Numbered from the stretch's first letter, positions 1 through 9,734 are shown. The stretch: DNA of 64,000 nucleotides from an uncultured Acidimicrobiaceae bacterium (GCA_963794745.1 CAWCEZ010000005.1:255189-319188); one strand, 5' to 3'. The notes: generated from the letters alone by a model not told the origin. A program made the numbers and translations.

Positions 1-205
1 TGGTCGGGTCCCAGAAGGGAAGGTTCAACTGGTCGGCCACCGCCGCCACCAGGTCACGTTCGCTGACGAGCCCCTCGGTCGAGAGGATCTTTGCGAGTGG
101 GACCCCGGTGTCGGACTCCTTGGCCAGTGCGTACTCGAGAGCGTCTTTGGAGAGAACTTTGCGGTTCACGAGGAACTCGCCGACTTTGCGCGAGGCAGTC
201 TGCAT
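1..205 (-). CDS. GspE/PilB-type N-terminal (T2SSE_N / MshEN-like) domain protein, 5' part only; continues past window start
   Basis: Absent from the ORF track because it is open at the window edge. Minus-strand ATG at 205 (GTG at 208) follows an in-frame TAG. Translates to MQTASRKVGEFLVNRKVLSKDALEYALAKESDTGVPLAKILSTEGLVSERDLVAAVADQLNLPFWDPT: two 24-residue hydrophobic-pattern repeats separated by 5 residues, as in secretion-ATPase N domains. Confidence 0.45.
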   Translation of the reverse strand, partial: MQTASRKVGEFLVNRKVLSKDALEYALAKESDTGVPLAKILSTEGLVSERDLVAAVADQLNLPFWDPT

Positions 206-278
206 CACTGTCTTGTCGGCGTCCGCCTAGGCGACCTTGATAGACGTGTTCCCTTTCGGGAAGATCGAGCGGCCAGCC

Positions 279-1499
279 CTAGACGGCTGCGCTCACGTCG
301 CTATCGTCGAGGAGCCCACAGACCCCGGTTGCCCAGGCCAGCGCTTCCAGGTAGCTCTGCTCGAGGCCCGCGAGGCTCAACCCGCTGCGCAGGCGTAGGT
401 CCTCGCCTCCCAGTTCCCAGGCGAGCACGTCGTCGAGGATGCCCCCGAGGAGCCCACCTTTTTCGAGGATCGCGTCGACGAGCTCTTCAGTCAGTTGCAG
501 CGTGCTCACGATCCCAGCGACCGGCGCGGCAAGGAGCAGGTCCAGCGCCGATACGAGGCCCACGGTGAACGCCGAATCAGACACCCTCGGGGCAACCTTG
601 GTCGCCATCAGTTCGCACATCCGCGCCCGCGTCATCGTAATGTTCAGCTGTTCGGTCGCCCCGCCGCTGCTGCCGGAGAGGAGCATCAGGGTGACCAGGG
701 CCCGCAGGCGCTGGTGACCGAGCATGACGACCCCCTCGCGGACCGAACTGATGCGGCGGTACATGCCCCCAGCCGCACCTTCGCCTGCGAGGCGGAGGAA
801 CCGGTAACTAAGAGCAGGGTCGGTCTCCACGATGCGCTGGATGTCGTTGGCATCGGCGTTGGGGTCCGAGAGCTGGTTGACCACGTTTAGGCAGGTAACC
901 CGGGCCGGCGTGAGGGCTTGGCCGTCGACGATGTCGGCGTGCGAGAGCAAGTAGCCCTGGAACAGCTCGAAGCCGAGATCGCGGCAGTAGCTCATCTGGT
1001 CATGGGCCTGCACGTTTTCCGCTACGAGCTTGAGACCGAGCGCGGCGCAGGCTTCGACATCGAAGGCGAGCTGGAGCCTTGACAGGGCAGGCACGTCCAA
1101 CTTGGCAATCGAGACAAGCTCAACAAGAGGGTCGTCAGGCTCTCCCCAATCGTGGCCGTCCAAGGCAAGGGTGTAGCCCTGCTCCCGGAGGCGTCGACAA
1201 CCCGCCAACTCCTCGGCGTCGCCCGACGCCGTTGCGGGGATCTCGATGACGGTCTGCTCGGGCCCGAACGGGACCGTAAGCTCACCGACGAGGAACTGCC
1301 GGCTGGCCTTGACGAATGCAAGCTTGTCCCCGATGATGCCCTGCCAGCCGCCGCCCAGCCCCGCCCGCTCGATGACCTCTACCGAGAGGGCCTCGCTGCC
1401 GGTCGTCGCCGCACCTGGTCCCCGGACAACTAACCCGTAACCACGGACATCCAGGTTTGTGTCGAATATCGGCTGACGGCCGACCATGAACGAGCTCAT
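279..1499 (-). CDS. EAL-HDOD signal-transduction protein (COG3434/YuxH-like) with degenerate EAL active site
   Basis: 406-aa ORF with an EAL fold (QPIFD..., KLD, FQGYLL). Catalytic positions diverge from the family consensus: YGLVV for YELL, FVKAS for the Asn motif, EIPAT for EiLE, ALDGHDW for ALDDF, AENVQ for AEkVE. The C-terminal half is HDOD-like. Confidence 0.8.
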   Translation of the reverse strand: MSSFMVGRQPIFDTNLDVRGYGLVVRGPGAATTGSEALSVEVIERAGLGGGWQGIIGDKLAFVKASRQFLVGELTVPFGPEQTVIEIPATASGDAEELAGCRRLREQGYTLALDGHDWGEPDDPLVELVSIAKLDVPALSRLQLAFDVEACAALGLKLVAENVQAHDQMSYCRDLGFELFQGYLLSHADIVDGQALTPARVTCLNVVNQLSDPNADANDIQRIVETDPALSYRFLRLAGEGAAGGMYRRISSVREGVVMLGHQRLRALVTLMLLSGSSGGATEQLNITMTRARMCELMATKVAPRVSDSAFTVGLVSALDLLLAAPVAGIVSTLQLTEELVDAILEKGGLLGGILDDVLAWELGGEDLRLRSGLSLAGLEQSYLEALAWATGVCGLLDDSDVSAAV

Positions 1500-1500
1500 C

Positions 1501-3222
1501 TCAAGCGATGACCCGCAGGACCTCGTCGAGCGAGGTAAGACCGGCCGCTGCTCCCATGAGGCCGGCGTGGCGAAGCGTGAGCATCCCGTCGGCTATGGCG
1601 GCCTTGCGGATGTCGTCGGCATGTGCGTGCTCGACGATCATCCGTTCTATTTCTTCGTTGACATTGAGGACCTCGTGGACCGCAAAGCGCCCGACATAGC
1701 CGGTCTTGCCACAGATATGACAGCCCACCGAGCGGTAGAAATGGTCCGGTACTACCAGCTCGTCGAGGTCCCACCCGATGCTCTCGAGCTTGTCCGGCTC
1801 CACAGCGAACTCCTGCTTGCAGCGGTCGCACAATTTGCGGGCCAAGCGCTGGGCAACAATGCAGTCCAGCGCACTGCCGACTAGGAACGGTTCGACGCCC
1901 ATTTCGATAAGCCGGTTCGGGGTCGTAGAAGCGTCGTTTGTGTGGATGGTGGAAAGCACAAGGTGGCCCGTCAAGGCGGCTTCGACGGCGATCCCCGCGG
2001 TTTCACGGTCCCTGATCTCGCCGATGAGGATGATGTCGGGGTCGGCCCTCAGGATCGTCCTCAGCGCAGAGGCGAAGGTGAGCCCGGCCTTGTTGTTGAC
2101 CTGGATCTGGTTGATCCCGTCGAGCTGGTACTCAACGGGGTCCTCGACCGTGATCACGTTTTTCGAAGGCTGGTTCAAGATGTTTAGGGTGGCGTACAGC
2201 GTTGTCGTCTTGCCCGAACCGGTCGGGCCTGTGACAAGCACGGTGCCGTACGGCTTGGTATAGGAGAGCTCGTAACGCTTCATGTTGTCGGGCAAGAACC
2301 CGAGGTCGGACAGCCGCAGCTCCGCCTGGTTCTTATCGAGGATCCTCATGACGACCTTCTCACCGTTGACGGTCGGAAGGGTGGCGACGCGCAGGTCTAC
2401 CTGGCGCCCCTCGATGGTGGTGCTGATGCGGCCGTCTTGGGGTATCCGGCGCTCGGCGATATTTATGTCGGCCATCACCTTGAGGCGGCTGATCATGCCG
2501 TTTTGGATGTTGCGAGGCGAACGCATCACCTCGTGGAGCACCCCGTCAATGCGGTACCGGATGCGCACGTCCTTGCCCGTCGGCTCGACGTGGATGTCCG
2601 ACGCGTGGTCGGTGATCGCCTGGGTGATGAGAAGGTTGACGAGGCGCACGATCGGCGCGTCTTCGCGGACCTCCTTGATGTTGGTGAGGCGGTCCCGGTC
2701 GTCGTCCATCGGCGCGCTGCTCGCGGCCGCCTCGGCGCTGACGTGCTCCGCTTCGCTGTCTTTGCGGTAGTACTTGTGGATCGCAGCGGTGACGGCCTCG
2801 GCGGTCACCACGACTTGGCGGACCTCGGCGCCAGTCAGGGTGCGGATGTCGTCGATGGCAAAGACGTTGGAGGGGTCGGCCATCGCGACGATGAGCCGGC
2901 CTTCCCACCAGCCGATCGGCATCGCCAAGTAGCGCCTTGCCAGGTTCTCGCTGACGAGCGCGGCAGCGGCCGGGTCTACGGGGTAGGTGGCCAGGTCGAC
3001 GAACTCGAGGCCCAGCTGCTCGGCGAGCGTGCCGACAAACTGTTCCTCGGTGAGGAGCTTGTCCTCGATCAGCACCCGGGCGAGGTTGACGCCGCGCTCC
3101 TTGGCACGGGACAAGGCTTGGCCGAGCTGGTCAATGGTGATGATCCCGCTCTTGACCAGTACTACGCCAAGTTGTTCGTCCTCGGAGAGAGCTCCCTCCC
3201 GGTCACGCACTCTTGTGTCCAT
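1501..3222 (-). CDS. pilB: type IV pilus / type II secretion assembly ATPase (GspE/PilB family)
   Basis: 573-aa ORF. T2SSE_N-like N domain, Walker A GPTGSGKTTT, DPDIILIGEIRD box, His box, and a tetracysteine cluster (CDRC ... CHIC). Confidence 0.85.
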   Translation of the reverse strand: MDTRVRDREGALSEDEQLGVVLVKSGIITIDQLGQALSRAKERGVNLARVLIEDKLLTEEQFVGTLAEQLGLEFVDLATYPVDPAAAALVSENLARRYLAMPIGWWEGRLIVAMADPSNVFAIDDIRTLTGAEVRQVVVTAEAVTAAIHKYYRKDSEAEHVSAEAAASSAPMDDDRDRLTNIKEVREDAPIVRLVNLLITQAITDHASDIHVEPTGKDVRIRYRIDGVLHEVMRSPRNIQNGMISRLKVMADINIAERRIPQDGRISTTIEGRQVDLRVATLPTVNGEKVVMRILDKNQAELRLSDLGFLPDNMKRYELSYTKPYGTVLVTGPTGSGKTTTLYATLNILNQPSKNVITVEDPVEYQLDGINQIQVNNKAGLTFASALRTILRADPDIILIGEIRDRETAGIAVEAALTGHLVLSTIHTNDASTTPNRLIEMGVEPFLVGSALDCIVAQRLARKLCDRCKQEFAVEPDKLESIGWDLDELVVPDHFYRSVGCHICGKTGYVGRFAVHEVLNVNEEIERMIVEHAHADDIRKAAIADGMLTLRHAGLMGAAAGLTSLDEVLRVIA

Positions 3223-3393
3223 GGCCTCCCCCGGAGCGCGTATCCACCATTCCGTTCATCGTCGGCATCTGGCGGCCCGCAATTGAGGCACGCCTTTCGA
3301 CTTCGCTTTGGTGCCTGATGTCTGCCACGGTTACCTCGGCCGCACAATGCCCGCGCGCCCTCTCGTGGCGGCGTAGCTAGCTGGGCCCGGGGA

Positions 3394-4347
3394 CTAGTTC
3401 CGCGCGGAGCCGAGGAACTTGAGCAGGAGGCCGCGGTTGACCGGTTCTGGTTTCGGCACGGCGACTTCCTCGGGCGTCTCCGCGTCTTCGGCAGGCAGCG
3501 GCGCGTCGTCTTCGCGCCAAACCTCGGAGAGGTCGGCGATGTCGTCGACGTGCGCAGTTGCTTGAACAGCGCCGGCCGGTCCACCTGCTCCCAGAGATGC
3601 TCCCGAGAGGTCAGCGGTGCGGTCTGAGCTGTGCTCTGACCCGTTACCCGAAGCGTGGTCTAAGTACTGGGAGCCGTTGTCGAAGCCGTTGGCCAAGACG
3701 TGCTCGGAAGCGTCGCCCGCAAAATCGGGGCTGCGCTCGGAGCTGTACGCCGGGACTTGCTCGATCGGCCGGTCGGCCAAAGGGGTAAGGAGTTGCTGCG
3801 CGGGAGGTGCGTCAGAGCTGTCGACGTGCACCAGGCGCAGGTCTACTAGTTCTTTGACGGCCTTACAACCTTCGAACTCGCCAAGGTCGCGCGTCTTTAG
3901 GACATCTGCGACGGACTGACCGCCGCCGATTGCGGCAACGAGCTGCCACTGGTCGGCGCTCAGCGTCACAGGGCCCTCGGCTGAGCCCTGCAGGCTCAAG
4001 CGCGACAACAGCGACGGGACGGCGGCGGCGATCCCAGCCCACTGCACCAGCCGGCTCTCAGCCTCGTCCAGCACAGGCGCAACGTCCTGGGGTTCCACGG
4101 CGTGGACCGGGCTGGTGCCCGTGTAGAACTTGAAATGGCCCTCGTCCAAGCGGAGCAAGCCAAACAAGGAGTCAACAGCAGTGGTGTGGGCCCCAACGTC
4201 GAAACCTGCGAGACGGCCGGCATCGAACCACACACTGCCGACACCCCCGCGAGACTCGATCCGCAGCTCCCCCGTCTTCGCTGTGACGGAAAGAAGCGCG
4301 AGGACGTCGGGCAGTGCAATTGTCTCGAGCGTACCTTCAAGCGACAC
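3394..4347 (-). CDS. DUF4388 (PATAN-like) domain protein
   Basis: 317-aa ORF. The N terminus MSLEGTLETIALPDVLALLSVTAKTGELRI matches the DUF4388 pattern from memory. Long low-complexity C-terminal tail. Confidence 0.6.
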   Translation of the reverse strand: MSLEGTLETIALPDVLALLSVTAKTGELRIESRGGVGSVWFDAGRLAGFDVGAHTTAVDSLFGLLRLDEGHFKFYTGTSPVHAVEPQDVAPVLDEAESRLVQWAGIAAAVPSLLSRLSLQGSAEGPVTLSADQWQLVAAIGGGQSVADVLKTRDLGEFEGCKAVKELVDLRLVHVDSSDAPPAQQLLTPLADRPIEQVPAYSSERSPDFAGDASEHVLANGFDNGSQYLDHASGNGSEHSSDRTADLSGASLGAGGPAGAVQATAHVDDIADLSEVWREDDAPLPAEDAETPEEVAVPKPEPVNRGLLLKFLGSARN

Positions 4348-4427
4348 GGCAACCTCCGGTTCTTATGGCCTGTTCTTCGGCATCTTCGTCAACGAAGTTG
4401 AGAGAACTAGCAACCGGGGCGGAGTTC

Positions 4428-5330
4428 CTATACCGTGAAGGGGCCTTGTCCAGGCTGCTCGGTGCCGCCGTGGCGGGGCAGCTCCCGTAACTTCCCGATC
4501 TCGCCACGCTTGCCCAACTCGCGTAGCGCCGCTGCCGACATCACCGCGACGGGAGCGTCCCGACCAGTCCAAATGGTCAGCTGGCGTGCAGCTTGGTGCA
4601 CCAGCATGCCGAGGCCATTGCACGTCCCAGCGCCACGTGAGCGCGCTGCCGCCATGAGCGGGGTCGTGGCCGGCGCGTAGATCAGGTCCGCTACCAGTTG
4701 GCCGGGCCCCAACCTCTTCGGCTCCAGCCCGAAAGGAAGCTCACCGCTACCTTGCACCGCCACCCCGTCCATCCCGACCGGGGTCGCGTTGACGACCAGG
4801 TCCGCTTCGTCCGTAGCGTCGACGGTGGCGACCATGCCGGCCCGGCCAGCCAGCGCGGCCACCTCGAGGGCCTGCTCGGGCCGTCGGGCGACAACCTCGA
4901 CGCGCTCCGCCCCGGCGGCGCCAAGCGCCAGCACGACAGCGCGCGCAGAGCCACCAGCCCCGAGCACGAGGCAGCGCTTCCCGTCGGGCGACCATCCGAG
5001 CTCCGCCAAGGAGTCAACAAAGCCAGGTCCGTCTGTGCTGTCCCCCATCAGGTCGCCGCCCACGTTGGTAACGGTGTTCACCACCCCCAGGCGCTCGGCC
5101 AACGGGCTCAACTGGTGGCAAGCCTTTGCAGCGCCTGCCTTATGCGGCATCGTCACCGACAGGCCTCGGATGCCGAGTGCGACCATGGCGGCCACGGCAG
5201 CCTGGCCGCTGCCGGCAGGGACCGGGAACGCCACATAGGCCCAGTCCAGCCCGAGTTCGGCGAGAGCGGCGTTGTGGAGCGCCGGCGAGAGCGAATGCTC
5301 GACCGGGTCTCCGATGACACCGACAAGCAC
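4428..5330 (-). CDS. aroE: shikimate dehydrogenase
   Basis: GVIGDPVEHSLSPALHNAA substrate motif and GAGGSARAV dinucleotide loop. The ORF opens at 5423 but that start overlaps mltG. I prefer the GTG at 5330, directly before the conserved N terminus; the start remains uncertain. Confidence 0.8.
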   Translation of the reverse strand: MLVGVIGDPVEHSLSPALHNAALAELGLDWAYVAFPVPAGSGQAAVAAMVALGIRGLSVTMPHKAGAAKACHQLSPLAERLGVVNTVTNVGGDLMGDSTDGPGFVDSLAELGWSPDGKRCLVLGAGGSARAVVLALGAAGAERVEVVARRPEQALEVAALAGRAGMVATVDATDEADLVVNATPVGMDGVAVQGSGELPFGLEPKRLGPGQLVADLIYAPATTPLMAAARSRGAGTCNGLGMLVHQAARQLTIWTGRDAPVAVMSAAALRELGKRGEIGKLRELPRHGGTEQPGQGPFTV

Positions 5331-5395
5331 CGTCGTCGCCGCAGGCCAAGTGCCGAGGCCCCCACGCAGACGCGGGCTGCGTCGTCCCGATGAGC

Positions 5396-6643
5396 TCAGC
5401 ACCCGAGGCGCACCGCCCTGCACTCCGCCTGGAGCCGCTTGAACTGCGCCTCAGTGGAGGCGAAGCTCGTTGCCCCGTCAGGGTTGATCTCGACCCAGTA
5501 GAGGTACGTGGTCTTGGGAGGGTGCATGGCTGCTTCCAGGGAGGGTACCCCGGGGTTGGAGATCGGGGTGGGCGGCAGGCCCTTGTTCACGAGGGTGTTG
5601 TAGGGGTTGGGCGTGGTGATCACAACTGTGCCTTTCGGGTCACCAAGCCCGTACAGGAGCGTCGATTCGGCACCAATGGGGGTACCCCGGGCAAGGCGGT
5701 TATAGATGACACTTGCTACCCCGCCGCGGTCTGCTTCGAACTTGACCTCCCGTTCGACGATCGAGGCCACGGTCACGATCTGGTACGGGCTGTACCCAAG
5801 CCTTTGGGCAGCAGCGCTCAGGCCCAGCGCCGCCGCGTGGGTGTCAAAGGTGGCGACCATGTACTGCACCAGCTCGTCCGCGGTCTCGCCTTGCTGGACG
5901 GGATAGGTCGCTGGGAACAGCAGCCCCTCCAGGTCGTTTGACCCCGCCGGCTCGTAGGGCGAACGGACCTGCCCGCCCGTGGCCGCCCGGAGGAACGCCT
6001 GTGACGAGATGCCGGCGCCCTTGAGGTGGCCGACCGCAGCAGCTATCTGGCGGACATTGAAGCCCTCGGGCACCACCAGCCGGAAGGTCACCGGGACAGG
6101 GCCCTCCAGCAAGGTGTACACCGCTGTGGAGTAGGGCTCGTTGGTGGCCATCTGGTAGGTCCCGGGGGCGACGGTGCCTACGCCTTTCAGTTTCAAGTAC
6201 CAGCCGAACACCGTCGAGCCGTGCACGACCCCGTCCTTGGCGAGCACGTCCGCTGCGCCCGAGACCGACGTCCCCGCGGGCACGACGACCATCACAATGT
6301 GGCCCGGCTTGCCGGGGGGGTTGATGTCGTTGTTGACGTGAAAGTAACCAACCACGGCGACCAGGACGACAGCAGCGATGAATGCCAGGAGGATGACCGG
6401 CCACCTACGCCGTCGGCCCCGTCGCCCGCCGCGCCGGCCGCCGCGGCCAAGCCCGGTACGAAGGTCGGCAAAGTAGTCGTATGGCTCGTCTGCCGGCCCG
6501 ACCTCGTCTGCCGGCCCGACCTCGTCTGCCGGCCCAATGTCCTGTCCTGGCTCGAGGTCCTGTACTGGCTCGAGGTCCTCAGGCCCCGGGTGGCTCGTTG
6601 CCGGAGGATCTCCCCCGTCCCCCCCGAGGTAAGGCTGCGTCAC
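5396..6643 (-). CDS. mltG: endolytic murein transglycosylase MltG (YceG-like)
   Basis: 415-aa ORF. Disordered, repeat-rich N terminus, one TM segment (WPVILLAFIAAVVLVAVVGYF), then a YceG domain with IVEREV and NPYNTLVNKGLPPTPISNPG. Confidence 0.85.
   Translation of the reverse strand: MTQPYLGGDGGDPPATSHPGPEDLEPVQDLEPGQDIGPADEVGPADEVGPADEPYDYFADLRTGLGRGGRRGGRRGRRRRWPVILLAFIAAVVLVAVVGYFHVNNDINPPGKPGHIVMVVVPAGTSVSGAADVLAKDGVVHGSTVFGWYLKLKGVGTVAPGTYQMATNEPYSTAVYTLLEGPVPVTFRLVVPEGFNVRQIAAAVGHLKGAGISSQAFLRAATGGQVRSPYEPAGSNDLEGLLFPATYPVQQGETADELVQYMVATFDTHAAALGLSAAAQRLGYSPYQIVTVASIVEREVKFEADRGGVASVIYNRLARGTPIGAESTLLYGLGDPKGTVVITTPNPYNTLVNKGLPPTPISNPGVPSLEAAMHPPKTTYLYWVEINPDGATSFASTEAQFKRLQAECRAVRLGC
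6485..6538. repeat. 18-bp in-frame tandem repeat x3 inside mltG (encodes GPADEV x3)
   Basis: ctcgtctgccggcccgac at 6485-6502 and 6503-6520, with a degenerate third copy at 6521-6538. Confidence 0.9.
6547..6582. repeat. 18-bp in-frame tandem repeat x2 inside mltG (LEPVQD/LEPGQD)
   Basis: ctggctcgaggtcctgta at 6547-6564 and ctggctcgaggtcctcag at 6565-6582. Confidence 0.9.
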
Positions 6644-7146
6644 TGAGGGCTGGCCGGGCCCGCCTGAGGCTCCTTTGGCCCAGGCCAGGCTCGCCGACGG
6701 TCCAGCCAGGTCTGCAGGATCGCTGCGGCTGCCATCTTGTCCACCACGGCCGTGCGCGCTGCCGGCCGACGGCCACCCGCGACCAGCGCCCGGCGCGCGA
6801 TTACCGTGCTGAAGCGCTCGTCACAGCACTCGACCGGCACGGACAGGACCAGGCGCAGCTCTTCGACCTCGGCCTCCACGGCTCTCGCTGCGGGCCCTGT
6901 CGCACCCGACAGGGAAAGTGGCAACCCCACCACCACCATGTTGGCGCCCGTCTCGGCGACTACCGCCTCCAGGCGGGAGTGGTCACCTTCACGGGACCCG
7001 CCCCGCGGCAGCATTACCAACGCGCTGGCGACCCGCCGCCGGTCGTCGGAAACGGCGAGCCCGATCCGGCGGCTACCGAGGTCGACCCCCAGCACCCGGC
7101 CCTCCGGGGGCGCGCCAGGAAGCTGATCGTCCAGCTCGGAGGTCAC
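6640..7146 (-). CDS. ruvX: Holliday junction resolvase-like nuclease RuvX/YqgF
   Basis: VLGVDLGSRRIGLAVSD motif. 4-nt overlaps with both alaS and mltG, and the conserved alaS-ruvX-mltG-aroE order. Confidence 0.85.
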   Translation of the reverse strand: MTSELDDQLPGAPPEGRVLGVDLGSRRIGLAVSDDRRRVASALVMLPRGGSREGDHSRLEAVVAETGANMVVVGLPLSLSGATGPAARAVEAEVEELRLVLSVPVECCDERFSTVIARRALVAGGRRPAARTAVVDKMAAAAILQTWLDRRRAWPGPKEPQAGPASPQ

Positions 7147-9734
7147 CGGCCTACCCCGGCGAACCTGGCCCGCACATCGTCCAGAGCCTCGTCCAGCCGG
7201 CTCGCGTCGCGGCCACCCGCCATAGCCAGCTCCGCGTTGCGGCCTCCCCCGCCGCCTCCAAGCATCTGGGCGGCCGGCCCAACCAGTTGAGGCGCCTCGA
7301 GCGGGTACCCCTTTTCAACAGCAGCCACGAGCGTGACCTTGCCCTCCTCCGGGGAACCGCCCAGCACCACGGCTCTGACCCCCGGCTGGGAACGCACGGC
7401 CAAGGCCAGCTCTCGCAACCCTTCGGCGCTGAGGCCGTCGCGGCGCGCCACGACTGTGCCCTCCTGCGCGCTTGAGGCGAGGGAAGAAGCCTCGCCGCCA
7501 AGGCCCGCTTGGCGGGCGGCCCGTAGCTCGTCCTGAGCCTCGTGAAGCTCTGCGAGCCGCCGCTCGATAGCCGCCCCCAGGTCCTCGGGGGAAGACTTGA
7601 GAAGCGCCGCGGCGTGAGCGAGGCGGGCCTCGTTCGACCGCAGCCGCTCGAGAGTCGCGGTCCCCGTAAGTGCCTCGACGCGCCGCAGATTCGAGCCGAT
7701 CGAGCTTTCCGAGATCACTTCGATCGGCCCGATCATGCCGAGACGCTCGACATGTGTACCGCCGCACAGTTCGACTGAGTGCTCGCCGGCGTGCACTACC
7801 CTGACTCGCTCGCCGTACTTGTCCCCGAAGAACGCTATTGCGCCCTTCGCCTCGGCCTCGGCGCGGGCCAGCTCCTCGGTGAGCACCTTCATGTCTTCAA
7901 GCACTTCTGTGTTGACGAGGTCCTCGACCCGGTCGAGCTCGGACCTTGTCACCTGCGCGTAATGGGTGAAGTCGAAGCGGAGCCGGTCGGGGGCGACAAG
8001 CGAGCCCTGCTGCTTCACGTGCTTGCCGAGCACCTCTCGTAGCGCCCAGTGGAGAAGGTGCGTACCGGTGTGGTTACGCCGGATGGCGGCTCGCCTTTCG
8101 GTGTCGACTGACGCCTGGGCTTGTTGCCCAGGGGAGATATAGCCGTGCTCCATCGCGCCGAGATGGCGGTGCAAGCCCGGCAGCGCCAGCGTGGTGTCGA
8201 GCACCAGGGCTCGCCCGGTACCAGTAGATATGGTCCCCGTATCGCCAACCTGGCCGCCTGACTCCGCATAAAACGGCGTCCGGTCAACGAATATCTCCAC
8301 CTGTCCCTTATTTTCCAACTCAAGGACAGCCAGCACCCTCGCGTCGCCTTCGAGCGCTTCGTACCCGATGAATGTGGTCGGCCCGAACTGCTCCAGGATC
8401 TCCTTGTACTCCGTCAGGTTTACCTGTCCCGCGCCCGCTTTTCCTTTGCCGCCCTCGCGCGACTGCTCACGTTGGCGGCCCATCGCAATCGCAAAGCCGT
8501 CCTCGTCCACGGCGGCGCCGCGGCCCGCGGCAATTTCGCGTGTCAGTTCAACGGGGAACCCGTGGGTGTCGTGGAGCTTGAACGCTGTCTCGCCGCCTAT
8601 TGCACTGCCATTGGCGAGCTCGGTTTCGAGAAGCGCCATCCCCGCGCGCAGGCTGGCACGGAAGCGCTCCTCTTCCCTGGCGGCGACGCTCGAAACGAAA
8701 TCGGCGTTCCTGGCCAGGTCGGGGTACGCGTCGCCCATAACCTCGACGACGGCCTCCACCATGTCCGGGCAGACCAATCGCGAAGTGCCGAGCATGTTGG
8801 CCCTCAGTACGGCGCGCCGGATTATGCGCCGCAGCACGTACCCGCGGTCCTCGTTCGAGGGGAAAATACCGTCCGAGATCATGAACGACATCGTGCGGGA
8901 GTGGTCCGCGATCACGCGCAGCGCAACATCGGCTTCGGTGTCGTCACCGTACCTACGCCCGGTCAGCTGTTCCGCCCGAGCCACGAGCGGGCGCAGCACG
9001 TCGGTCTCCCAAACCGTCGGCGCGTCCTGCAATATCGTTAGCAGCCTTTCGAACCCGGCGCCGGTGTCGATGCCCTGCTTTGGCAGGGGAAGGAGCTCGC
9101 CCGAGCTTTGGCGGTCGTAGCTTTGAAAAACCAGGTTCCAAAGCTCGACAAATCGCGCTTCGCCGCCTCCCACAGGCCCGCCGTCAGCCCCCCACTGCGG
9201 GCCGCGGTCCAAGTGGATCTCCGAGCACGGGCCGCAAGGGCCGGTGTCGCCCATCTCCCAAAAATTGTCTTCTTCTGTGCGCTGGATCCGCGACCTAGGG
9301 AACCCGACTTTGTCGACCCAGATATCGGCCGCCTCGTCGTCATCGGTGTAAACCGTCACCCAGAGCCTGTCGCCATCGAAGCCGAGGACCTCTGTAAGCA
9401 GCTCCCAGGCCCACGGGATCACCTCGGCCTTGAAATAGTCGCCGAAGCTGAAGTTGCCGAGCATCTCGAAAAACGTGACGTGCTTCGGGCTACGCCCGAC
9501 CTGCTCGATGTCGTCGTGCTTGCCGCGTACCCGTACGCATTTCTGAACGCTCACGGCACGCTTGTAGGGGGGCACCTCCTCGCCCAGGAAGTAGGGCAGG
9601 AACTGGTTCATGCCGGCGTTCGAGAACAGCGGCGCCCGCGGGTGGTGAGGCCGGAGCCCCTCGGAAGGTACCTCTACGTGGCCGCGCGCCACGAAGAAGT
9701 CCACAAAGGCGCGGCGAAGCCCATTCGCATCCAT
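7143..9734 (-). CDS. alaS: alanine--tRNA ligase
   Basis: Class II motifs FSNAGMNQF and GPCGPCSEIH, editing-domain HTGTHLLH and CGGTH, and a C-terminal DHHA1-like region. I prefer ATG 9734 (MDANGLRRAF...) over the ORF-track start at 9767. Confidence 0.95.
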   Translation of the reverse strand: MDANGLRRAFVDFFVARGHVEVPSEGLRPHHPRAPLFSNAGMNQFLPYFLGEEVPPYKRAVSVQKCVRVRGKHDDIEQVGRSPKHVTFFEMLGNFSFGDYFKAEVIPWAWELLTEVLGFDGDRLWVTVYTDDDEAADIWVDKVGFPRSRIQRTEEDNFWEMGDTGPCGPCSEIHLDRGPQWGADGGPVGGGEARFVELWNLVFQSYDRQSSGELLPLPKQGIDTGAGFERLLTILQDAPTVWETDVLRPLVARAEQLTGRRYGDDTEADVALRVIADHSRTMSFMISDGIFPSNEDRGYVLRRIIRRAVLRANMLGTSRLVCPDMVEAVVEVMGDAYPDLARNADFVSSVAAREEERFRASLRAGMALLETELANGSAIGGETAFKLHDTHGFPVELTREIAAGRGAAVDEDGFAIAMGRQREQSREGGKGKAGAGQVNLTEYKEILEQFGPTTFIGYEALEGDARVLAVLELENKGQVEIFVDRTPFYAESGGQVGDTGTISTGTGRALVLDTTLALPGLHRHLGAMEHGYISPGQQAQASVDTERRAAIRRNHTGTHLLHWALREVLGKHVKQQGSLVAPDRLRFDFTHYAQVTRSELDRVEDLVNTEVLEDMKVLTEELARAEAEAKGAIAFFGDKYGERVRVVHAGEHSVELCGGTHVERLGMIGPIEVISESSIGSNLRRVEALTGTATLERLRSNEARLAHAAALLKSSPEDLGAAIERRLAELHEAQDELRAARQAGLGGEASSLASSAQEGTVVARRDGLSAEGLRELALAVRSQPGVRAVVLGGSPEEGKVTLVAAVEKGYPLEAPQLVGPAAQMLGGGGGGRNAELAMAGGRDASRLDEALDDVRARFAGVGR

